A stretch of DNA of 31,794 nt from an uncultured Eubacteriales bacterium. Lineage in GTDB: Bacteria > Bacillota > Clostridia > Christensenellales > Borkfalkiaceae. The stretch lies in assembly GCA_902767455.1 (NCBI GenBank), contig CACXHH010000191.1, positions 1-31,794 of the forward strand, read 5' to 3'. Position 1 is the stretch's first letter, and each line of letters begins with the position of its first letter. The notes under the pieces were generated by a model. The model was not told the DNA's origin, did not search any database, and worked only from the letters and a program-made list of their open reading frames with translations. Below are positions 24,495 through 31,794 of the stretch, piece after piece. The position numbers were made by a program, and so were the translations under genes.

Positions 24495-25217
24495 TTAATT
24501 TTTAAACGTGATCGCGCATCTTGCCGCGACCGCGTTTCCGCTCGATATTTTAAAGTAGGTAGTATTCCCTTCGTTTTTAGCGAAAACCGTTACGGGATAG
24601 CCTTCTCTCGTCTGGTTGAGATAGTGTATCTCGACGCCGCCGATTTTGCGGTCGACAACCTCTTTGCAAGAAGTCGCGTCCACGCAAAAACGGATATACT
24701 CGACGTTGTTTGTGTGATTTGAATAGTCTATCGCGCTCGGCGGCACGTTGAAAGACGAGCGCAGTTCGCCGCCTTCCACGTTAAAGCGAGAAAACGAAAG
24801 CTCTTGCTCGGGCTCGAAGAGAATATTCTCCGTCGGAAAGTTTATATCGGAAATACGCCTTACGCATTGTTTCGCTAAGTCGAGCACGCACATTTCCGTT
24901 CTCGAGTAAACTGCCGTTTCGCCGTCTTCACGGACAAAGGAAGTGTCCACCCAAACGGAAACGTTGCTCACGCGGGTAACGAAGGTTTTTATCGTCAGTT
25001 TTTTCGCCCAGCCGCACGGAAGCGGCGTCTTGATAACGTTTTTCGTAAACACCCAAACGCATCCGAATTTTGAGCGAAGCGACAGATTATCGAACCCGAA
25101 AGTGGCGAAATAATCGCAGATAACGTCCTGAACTATCTTCGCCGCGCCGATAAGAGATAATGCGCCCGTAAAATCGGTTTCGGAAGTAGATATCGTTTTT
25201 TGAACGGAATATTTCAT
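24495..25217 (-). CDS. Acyl-ACP thioesterase (FatA/FatB-like double hotdog)
   Basis: SETDFTGALS, WVFTKN and IDYSNHTNNVEYIRF (D-x-N-x-H-x-N-N motif). Confidence 0.85.
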   Translation of the reverse strand: MKYSVQKTISTSETDFTGALSLIGAAKIVQDVICDYFATFGFDNLSLRSKFGCVWVFTKNVIKTPLPCGWAKKLTIKTFVTRVSNVSVWVDTSFVREDGETAVYSRTEMCVLDLAKQCVRRISDINFPTENILFEPEQELSFSRFNVEGGELRSSFNVPPSAIDYSNHTNNVEYIRFCVDATSCKEVVDRKIGGVEIHYLNQTREGYPVTVFAKNEGNTTYFKISSGNAVAARCAITFKN

Positions 25218-25234
25218 CGTTTTTAACGAAAACG

Positions 25235-25256
25235 CGGGCGGAAAAAATTCCGCCCG
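25235..25256 (-). terminator. Terminator after rubrerythrin
   Basis: CGGGCGGAA-TTTT-TTCCGCCCG followed by CGTTTT on the minus strand. Confidence 0.7.
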
Positions 25257-25268
25257 AACGCTTTGATA

Positions 25269-25814
25269 TCAGTAATTTTCGGCAGTTACTTCAAAATAGG
25301 ACTGCGGATGCGCGCAAACGGGGCATACTTCGGGCGCCTTGGTGCCGACTACGATATGACCGCAGTTACGGCATTCCCAAACCTTGACTTCGCTTTTAGC
25401 GAAAACTTCCTGCATTTCTACGTTCTTCAAAAGAGCGCGATATCTTTCTTCGTGGCGTTTTTCGATAGCCGCTACGCCGCGGAATTTTGCGGCAAGTTCG
25501 GGGAAACCTTCTTTTTCGGCGGTTTTGGCGAAATCTTCGTACATATCCGTCCACTCGAAGTTCTCGCCGTCGGCAGCGGCGGCAAGGTTTTCAGCCGTAG
25601 TTCCGATGCCGTTGAGTTCTTTAAACCAGAGTTTAGCGTGTTCCTTTTCGTTGTCGGCGGTCTTTAAAAAGAGTTCGGCTATCTGTTCGTAGCCTTCTTT
25701 TTTAGCCTTGGAAGCAAAGTAAGTGTATTTGTTTCTCGCCTGAGATTCGCCCGCAAAAGCGGCGGCAAGGTTCTTTTCGGTCTGAGTGCCGGTGTATTTG
25801 GTCTTTTTATCCAT
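25269..25814 (-). CDS. rbr: Rubrerythrin
   Basis: [33 protein letters not shown] and EKRH diiron motifs; C-terminal rubredoxin CRNC...CPVC. Confidence 0.97.
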   Translation of the reverse strand: MDKKTKYTGTQTEKNLAAAFAGESQARNKYTYFASKAKKEGYEQIAELFLKTADNEKEHAKLWFKELNGIGTTAENLAAAADGENFEWTDMYEDFAKTAEKEGFPELAAKFRGVAAIEKRHEERYRALLKNVEMQEVFAKSEVKVWECRNCGHIVVGTKAPEVCPVCAHPQSYFEVTAENY

Positions 25815-25848
25815 GATATCCTCCGTTCCGTCATAATAACGGATATTT

Positions 25849-25886
25849 ATTGTAATTATTTTATCACAAAAAAAATTTAAAGTCGA
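25849..25886 (-). promoter_or_regulatory. rbr promoter (TCGACT-17-TAAAAT, extended TG) with an overlapping PerR/Fur-like AT box
   Basis: The -35 box is at 25886-25881 and the -10 at 25863-25858. AAATAAT-T-ACAATAA overlaps and follows the -10 and matches the B. subtilis PerR box TTATAATnATTATAA at 10/14 positions. Confidence 0.45.
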
Positions 25887-25965
25887 CTGTTTAAATAACG
25901 TTTCTCAAAATATAATATTTTTGCGCCGATAAGCTTAAACCGTTCTTTATCGTAAAAAGCGAAAA

Positions 25966-25996
25966 GCGGCGGTCGCAAGGAGCTTGCGACCGCCGC
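25966..25996 (-). terminator. Terminator of the two-gene surface-protein unit
   Basis: GCGGCGGTCGCAAG-CTC-CTTGCGACCGCCGC followed by TTTTCGCTTTTT on the minus strand. Confidence 0.85.
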
Positions 25997-26036
25997 GCGG
26001 ACGAAATCAACAATTATTCGTCTGTTTTCAAAAATC

Positions 26037-27935
26037 TTATTGCGCAAGAAGCGTTCTCAACGTATCTATGACGAAATCGCCGAGAATGACGGATAGTTCG
26101 GGCTCGTTCATGTGCGTCCAGAAGTTCCAGCCGTCGGGATAGCGCATGCAATATTCCATAACCTTAGCTTCGGTGTCGATATAGGTAGCGTAATCAAGTT
26201 CGTCGCACAGCGCTTTTACTTTGACGTTCACCCTTGAAACGGCTTCGAAATATTCAGGTCTGCCGGGGAGCGGGTTAGCCGAAGTGATTATGAACTTCGT
26301 GTCGGGAGATACGGCGAGTATCCTGTTCATAAACTCGCACGCGTTGTCTATAATAGTCCTGTCTTTCATCTGATGATAGGCATAGTCGTTGCTCGAAATA
26401 CCGAACACGACGACCTTCGGGTGATAGATAAGGATAAGTTCTTCGACGAAGTTGATAAGGTCGTAACTCGTGGAGCCTGCTACGGAGTTGTTCAGAACGG
26501 TTATGCCGCGCTGTTCGTACCAGCCTTCCATGCCCCACCATAACATATAGTTGGAGTTGCCGATAAACACCGCCTTACCCTGAAATTTATCCGCGCAGTA
26601 CGGCCCGCCGTGTGCGGCGACTTGTCTGAACATGTGCCCGTAATGTTCCTGATCGTACGAGCAAAGGTTGTAACTTGCGTAAAACTCCTTGTTCTCGTCA
26701 AGCGTGCACCCTACGGGGTTTGACGGGTATTGATAAGTTTCGTCGGTGTGGAAGGCAAACAACTGATAATAATCGGTGATGCCGTATCCGTTTTCGACGG
26801 TCGCCACGTATTTCCACGGAACGTCGCTCTTTTTGAGCGTGTAGTTGAACGGAAATTCAAGCTCGACAGTTTCGTTCAACGGCTCGCCGTAAACGAAAGT
26901 CGCCTTGACCGTGCGCACGAGATTATCAGAAGGCTTTTCGCTTCTCACGAGCTCGCCGCAATACGAACATATAGCGCCGGAACCTTTTCCGAGAGCAAAG
27001 CTCGCCCCCGTTGCGTGAGCCGTTTTTTCGGTCACGTTTTCGCATTTCGTCTGCCCGCAGGTAGAGCACATATAAAGGTCGTAACCTTCGCGCTTGCAGG
27101 TGGCGGGAACGTTCTTTATAAGCGAATAGCTATGCTCGTGCGCCGCGCCCGATCTTACGAAAGCGAGATCGTCGGTGAGGATCGTGGAAGCGCATTCGTA
27201 GGCGTCATGAATATCGTAATGGACTCTCACGAATTGCAGACATACCTTCTCGGTTGTCGAAAGCCCTTCAAAAGCCGAAATCGGGAAATACACGTAGCCG
27301 ACGAAGCCGTCGGGAAGGCTCGCGTAGCCGTTTTTAACGGTCGTTTCCTTCCACTCGCCCGAGTAGTCGTAATAATAGCAGGTAACGCCGTTTACGATAA
27401 CGTGGTCGTCGAGATCGGGTTCGGAGCCCTTATCGCCGTTCGGACTCGTTCTTAAAGTCAAGCCGAGCCCGGGCGTTTTTCCGTCGTTCAATCCCCTGAA
27501 ATCGACGAACGTCATAGCGCCTTCCGCGCCCTGAATATTTTTGGCGGGCGTCCAGTATTGAATGCCTTGACCGTGGTTTGCGCCCGTCGTGCAGATATAC
27601 ATAGCCTGATCGCCGCCGCGACGCATGGTGAAGCCGTATTCGAGCGCGCTCACCTTTTCACCGTAAGCGGCGTACACCCAGTCGATAGAAGAATAATCGT
27701 AGCTTACCGCGCATACCGTTTCGGCAACGCTTCCCGAAGGCATGGCAGGACGAACGTATAAAGCGTCGTCGTCGAACACGCTCTCTTTGACGAGCATACC
27801 CTTGTCTTCAACGGAATTTATCATATTCACGGCTTCCGCCCTTTCGACGGCGCCGCCTTGCGCGACGGTCGTGTACGCGCCCGAAAAGGCTATCGCCGCG
27901 CAGAGTGCAAAGAGAAACAATTTACTTTTCTTCAT
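26037..27935 (-). CDS. Secreted multidomain protein with a C-terminal SGNH/GDSL hydrolase domain
   Basis: Sec signal MKKSKLFLFALCAAIAFSGAYTTVAQG. A beta-rich N-domain, a HEHSY..ATC..C..CG Cys/His module and a linker domain. SGNH blocks IGNS, NNSVAGS, ISSND and WTHMN. Confidence 0.85.
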   Translation of the reverse strand: MKKSKLFLFALCAAIAFSGAYTTVAQGGAVERAEAVNMINSVEDKGMLVKESVFDDDALYVRPAMPSGSVAETVCAVSYDYSSIDWVYAAYGEKVSALEYGFTMRRGGDQAMYICTTGANHGQGIQYWTPAKNIQGAEGAMTFVDFRGLNDGKTPGLGLTLRTSPNGDKGSEPDLDDHVIVNGVTCYYYDYSGEWKETTVKNGYASLPDGFVGYVYFPISAFEGLSTTEKVCLQFVRVHYDIHDAYECASTILTDDLAFVRSGAAHEHSYSLIKNVPATCKREGYDLYMCSTCGQTKCENVTEKTAHATGASFALGKGSGAICSYCGELVRSEKPSDNLVRTVKATFVYGEPLNETVELEFPFNYTLKKSDVPWKYVATVENGYGITDYYQLFAFHTDETYQYPSNPVGCTLDENKEFYASYNLCSYDQEHYGHMFRQVAAHGGPYCADKFQGKAVFIGNSNYMLWWGMEGWYEQRGITVLNNSVAGSTSYDLINFVEELILIYHPKVVVFGISSNDYAYHQMKDRTIIDNACEFMNRILAVSPDTKFIITSANPLPGRPEYFEAVSRVNVKVKALCDELDYATYIDTEAKVMEYCMRYPDGWNFWTHMNEPELSVILGDFVIDTLRTLLAQ

Positions 27936-27974
27936 ATAAATTTACTCCCGTATTTATTTGCCTCCGTCCGCTTA

Positions 27975-30900
27975 TCACGGATTGACGGAAGCGGTGCTTT
28001 CGGCTACCGCGCTCGTCGATTTGCTGTTGTAACCGACTATCGCGCCAACTTTGTTCGTGCCTTTTATAACGCCGCTCACCTTAGAAGGCGTTTCAACGCC
28101 GTTATCGTCGGTGTAAGCCCCGATCGTAGACGAAGTGTAAGTCGAGCCCGAAATGCCGCCTACGCCCGCGGTAGAAGTGCCGACGCCGGTAATATTGCCG
28201 CTGTTTTCACAGCCGAACACCTGAACGTAACTGCCCTGCATGCCGACTACGCCGCCGATATGGCCGTAATTTCCTACGCTCGTGACGTCGCCCTTGTTCA
28301 CGCAGAGAATAAACTTGACGGGGCTTGCCGCAGTTCCGAGTTCGGCGCTGCCCGCTATACCCGCGACTCTGTTGCCCGCCGCGGTGACCGTTCCTTCGTT
28401 CACGCAAGCGTAGACAGTGCCCGAGTTGGACTTGGTGCCGCCGAGTTCGCCTATCACGCCGCCGACGTAGTTTTTACCCGCCGTAAGCGAAGTTACCGAG
28501 CCTTTATTTACGCAATTTATGACCGTAAACACGTTCGCGACGTTTTCGCCGACTCTACCGACGATACCGCCGATATAATTGCCCGCGCCCGTAACGCTCG
28601 ACGAAGCGGTAGTCGTAAGCCCGTCAAGAGTGACGCCGTTTGCGTATGAAAAACCTATACAACCGCCCGCGTAATCGCCCGAAGTCGCCGTTACTTTGCC
28701 GTTATTTTCGTTGGCGCCTACCGTCGAAAGATAGCTCTGACCGATTATTCCGCCTATCTTCGTAGGTCCTGAAACTTCGCCGTTGTTGACGTTTCCGCTA
28801 AGCGTTGCCGTATTCGACTTGGCGTCCGAATTGCCTGCGTTGCCGATAACGCCGCCCGCGATACCTTTACCGCTCGTGATGACGACTTTACCGTCGTTTA
28901 CGCAGTTGGTGACGACTAAAACGTTGTCCTGCGAAGCGCTTCCGCTTCTGCCGACGATGCCGCCGATATAGTAACCGTCGGAAGAAGAATCTATGCTTAC
29001 GACGGCGTTTTTGCCGTTTACGCAGCCGTCGACCTTCTTACCGTCTTTCGACAGCCAGCCGACGATACCGCCGATATCTCTGTAAGTTGCCGTGACGGAA
29101 GCGTCGTTTGCGCAGTTTATTATTTCCGCCGAATAGTCGGCGCCTATTATACCGCCGACGAACTGTTTGCCGGTAACGGCGCCGTAGTTATTGCAGTTTT
29201 CGATAAGGGAAACTTTGCCCGTATCGCTTCTGCCGATAACGCCCGCTACGCACGTACTCGTAGAAGTCACTTCGCCGTAGTTTGCGTTGTTCTTCATCGT
29301 TCCGCCCATGCCGTCGCCGACGATACCGCCTATCGCCGCCGCCGCGCCCGTAACTTTGCCGCGGTTGACGTTATTTATAACCGAGCCGTGCCCTAAACCT
29401 ATCACGCCGCCCGCGCCGCCTGCCGCCGCGGTGACAGTACCTTGGTTTTCGTTATTTTCCGTTGTTCCCTCGCCGTACTTATAACCGAGCACGCCGCCGA
29501 CGTTGGCATTTGCCGTTACCGCGCCGTAGTTTACGCACGAAGTGACGGTCGCGTTCGTCCAGGACGAGCCTACCACTCCGCCGACGCCGCCTTTTGCGTT
29601 ATTCGTTTCCGCGTCGCCTATTCCGCTTACTTCGCCGTAGTTATAGCATTCGGTTGCGGTATCGCCCGTGCCGAGAATACCTATAACGCCGCCGATATGT
29701 AAGGAAGTTTCCTTGGTTTCGCCGATAGAAACGACTTTCGCGCGGTTGGTACAGTTTTTGATTAAGGCGTTTACCGAACCGTCGACCTGACCTATCACGC
29801 CGCCGAGATACCCCAAAGCGGTAACGGTCGCTTCTTCGTTGTTTTCGCTGTTCTGAACGGGCGTATCGATAGAGAGAAGCCCTATAACGCCGCCTACTCT
29901 CGTCGTACCCGTGACGGCGCCGTAGTTATCGTTGTTTTTGAACTCGCTGCCGATAAAGTGACCGACCACGCCGCCCATACGCGCCAGACCGTAGACCGCG
30001 CCGTAGTTCTTACAACCGACTATGCTTCCGTCCGTGCAGTTACCGACCACGCCGCCGCTCGAACAGTTGCCGTCCGAAGTTGCATACACGTCGCCCTTGT
30101 TCACGCAGTTTAAAACTTCGCCGAGGCTCGTTCCTACCACGCCGCCTGCGTAATAAGCCTTCGAGCCTTCAACGTAAGAGATCTTGCCTTCGTTTACGCA
30201 GTTTTCCACCGTACGGTAGTTGTAGCCCGCGATACCGCCGACGTTTCTGAGCTTAGCGTATACTTCGCCGATATTCGTACAGTTTTTGACGGTCACGACT
30301 TCGTAATCTATCGTGCCCGAAGTGCCGCATATACCGACTACGCCGCCCACGCAGTTTGTGCCTCGGATTTTGCCTTCGTTGCGGCAGTCGTCGATGGTGA
30401 GAGTCGCCTGACCTACTACGCCGCCCACGCCGTAAGTGCCGTGAACGTAACCGTAGTTTACGCAGTTATACATAGCCGTATAATTCATCTGATCGTTGGG
30501 ACCTGCGCCGTTTTTGAAGGGGATATACGAATACCCCGCCACGCCGCCGACGTACCAGTCGTCGTGTTCGGTGTCCGAAGTCGAATTACTGTCGCCGTCG
30601 ACTTCGCCGTAGTTTTCGCAGTTTATCATTACGCCGTTGCTCATGCCGACCACTCCGCCGTAATACATGGCGTGTTCGTTGGTAGCCGTCTTGGCGTAAG
30701 CCGTTACCTTACCGTAGTTGGTGCAGTTTTCGACTATCGAAAAGTCGGTACCCGAAAGAAGGTAGTCGTTTTTCATAACGCAACCGACAACGCCGCCGAC
30801 GTAGCTGTCGCCCGTGACGTTTACGTAGTTTACGCAGTTATAAAGGTAAGCGCCGTTGTTGATTCCGCCCGCGATACCGCCCGCAAAGGTGTGCGCGTAG

Positions 30901-31691
30901 CCGTAGTTGTTTTCGTTGATACCCGTAATTTCGCCGCGGACGGTAAGGTTTTTGACCGAGCCCGTGACGAAACCGAACAAACCGAGATAAGACTTGGCGC
31001 TGTTTATCGTAAGCCCCGCAACTTCGTGCTCCTGCCCGTCGTAATTGCCTTCGAAGGGTATGCCGACAGAGCCTATCGGACGCCAGTTTTCGTATTCGGA
31101 AATATCTATATCTTCCGTTTGTATAAAGTAGCAGTCGGTAAGATCGGCGTCGTTTGCTTCGAGAAGCGAAAGCCTATATAAGTCTTCCGCGGTCGCGATA
31201 ACGCAAGGGTTCTCGGCAGTGTATAAGACGGCAAGCGTTTGACCGCAAGCTTTGCAGTAACCGTCGTCGCCGAAATCGTGAGCGAGAAGTTCACCGTAAG
31301 GTTTTCCGCAGGCTTCGCATATAGCTTTTTCCGTGCAAGTAGCCGCACCGCCGTAGTGCTTTGCTCTTTCGACTTCTTCACCGCAGACTTCGCATACGAA
31401 CCAATGTTCCGTTTCGTCGGATAACGCTTCGCCCGTAACGTGTTCGCCGAGCTCGCCGTAAGAAACGCCGCAGACTTCGCAAACGGCTTTTTCGGTGCAA
31501 GTAGCCGTACCGCCGAAATGCTCGGCATAGTCGACCTGCTCTTCGCATTTGGTGCAGACGTACCAGTGCCCCGTTTCGTCGAAGAAGAGTTCTTCGCCCG
31601 GGGTGTGCTTATGCCCGCTCTTTGCCTTACAGCCGACGAAAGCCGTCGTCGCCGCGACGAGCGCAAGCAGTATGATCAGTATCTTTTTCAT
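27975..31691 (-). CDS. 1238-aa lipoprotein: Cys/His repeats followed by ~30 GLUG-type (GGxxG...NCxNxGxV) beta-helix repeats
   Basis: Lipobox FVGC at residue 21; GGAGG SD. Two copies of HW.VC..C....H.GG.ATCTEKA.CE.CG. A cap segment WRPIGS...FEGNYDGQ.HEV.GL...GLFG, then 30 GG[VI][VIA]G-type units counted by eye. Confidence 0.9.
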   Translation of the reverse strand: MKKILIILLALVAATTAFVGCKAKSGHKHTPGEELFFDETGHWYVCTKCEEQVDYAEHFGGTATCTEKAVCEVCGVSYGELGEHVTGEALSDETEHWFVCEVCGEEVERAKHYGGAATCTEKAICEACGKPYGELLAHDFGDDGYCKACGQTLAVLYTAENPCVIATAEDLYRLSLLEANDADLTDCYFIQTEDIDISEYENWRPIGSVGIPFEGNYDGQEHEVAGLTINSAKSYLGLFGFVTGSVKNLTVRGEITGINENNYGYAHTFAGGIAGGINNGAYLYNCVNYVNVTGDSYVGGVVGCVMKNDYLLSGTDFSIVENCTNYGKVTAYAKTATNEHAMYYGGVVGMSNGVMINCENYGEVDGDSNSTSDTEHDDWYVGGVAGYSYIPFKNGAGPNDQMNYTAMYNCVNYGYVHGTYGVGGVVGQATLTIDDCRNEGKIRGTNCVGGVVGICGTSGTIDYEVVTVKNCTNIGEVYAKLRNVGGIAGYNYRTVENCVNEGKISYVEGSKAYYAGGVVGTSLGEVLNCVNKGDVYATSDGNCSSGGVVGNCTDGSIVGCKNYGAVYGLARMGGVVGHFIGSEFKNNDNYGAVTGTTRVGGVIGLLSIDTPVQNSENNEEATVTALGYLGGVIGQVDGSVNALIKNCTNRAKVVSIGETKETSLHIGGVIGILGTGDTATECYNYGEVSGIGDAETNNAKGGVGGVVGSSWTNATVTSCVNYGAVTANANVGGVLGYKYGEGTTENNENQGTVTAAAGGAGGVIGLGHGSVINNVNRGKVTGAAAAIGGIVGDGMGGTMKNNANYGEVTSTSTCVAGVIGRSDTGKVSLIENCNNYGAVTGKQFVGGIIGADYSAEIINCANDASVTATYRDIGGIVGWLSKDGKKVDGCVNGKNAVVSIDSSSDGYYIGGIVGRSGSASQDNVLVVTNCVNDGKVVITSGKGIAGGVIGNAGNSDAKSNTATLSGNVNNGEVSGPTKIGGIIGQSYLSTVGANENNGKVTATSGDYAGGCIGFSYANGVTLDGLTTTASSSVTGAGNYIGGIVGRVGENVANVFTVINCVNKGSVTSLTAGKNYVGGVIGELGGTKSNSGTVYACVNEGTVTAAGNRVAGIAGSAELGTAASPVKFILCVNKGDVTSVGNYGHIGGVVGMQGSYVQVFGCENSGNITGVGTSTAGVGGISGSTYTSSTIGAYTDDNGVETPSKVSGVIKGTNKVGAIVGYNSKSTSAVAESTASVNP
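31310..31560 (-). repeat. Internal tandem duplication (two ~54-codon Cys/His modules)
   Basis: DNA-level similarity GCTTTTTCCGTGCAAGTAGCCGCACCGCCG vs GCTTTTTCGGTGCAAGTAGCCGTACCGCCG. Confidence 0.8.
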
Positions 31692-31733
31692 ACGACCTCC
31701 AAGGTTATTATATTCTGATTATTATTTTAAATC

Positions 31734-31763
31734 TTGACAACGGTTTATTCAATATGATATAAT
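31734..31763 (+). promoter_or_regulatory. Sigma-A promoter (TTGACA-18-TATAAT, extended TG) for a gene beyond the right edge
   Basis: TTGACA acggtttattcaatatga TATAAT. Confidence 0.6.
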
Positions 31764-31794
31764 GCAATAAAAAATAACTATCCTGCTATACGAC

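Noticed and set aside
1-31794. Search for CRISPR arrays, tRNA/rRNA genes, IS, integrase or phage genes and defence systems
   Set aside because: No regularly spaced repeat-spacer array, cloverleaf or mobile-element protein motif was seen. The dispersed motif is not periodic. The WYL and CPBP genes have no defence-gene context here.

Overview
A 31.8-kb, roughly 50% GC chromosomal window from a Bacillota (Firmicutes) anaerobe. It is probably an uncultured Clostridia lineage; this is inferred from gene content and synteny, not from a search. Most of it is housekeeping: a type I PRTase cut by the left edge, DUF1292-ruvX, metK, a PflX-like radical SAM protein, PAP2 phosphatase, lysophospholipase, glpK, murG, an HTH-WYL regulator, the prs-pth-mfd-PrsA-like run, the DUF512-der-plsY-CPBP-rlmH-tadA run, an Fe-S aldo/keto reductase, acyl-ACP thioesterase and rubrerythrin. 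It ends with two large secreted proteins: an SGNH-domain protein and a 1238-aa GLUG-type repeat lipoprotein. I saw no rRNA, tRNA, CRISPR array, transposase, integrase or phage gene. The main signal the gene list does not explain is a dispersed ~20-bp motif (consensus GTCGGGCTATAAGTCGATAA) at 9 loci. Most copies lie within about 10 nt of a stop codon, some are head-to-head pairs forming hairpins, and two are inside coding sequences. This resembles an uptake-sequence-like or REP-like element. Other points of interest are apparently leaderless or SD-less translation, a large PrsA-like lipoprotein with a degenerate, insert-split parvulin domain behind a structured leader, and gpsA and glmU missing from their usual slots. 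All counts and alignments were done by eye.
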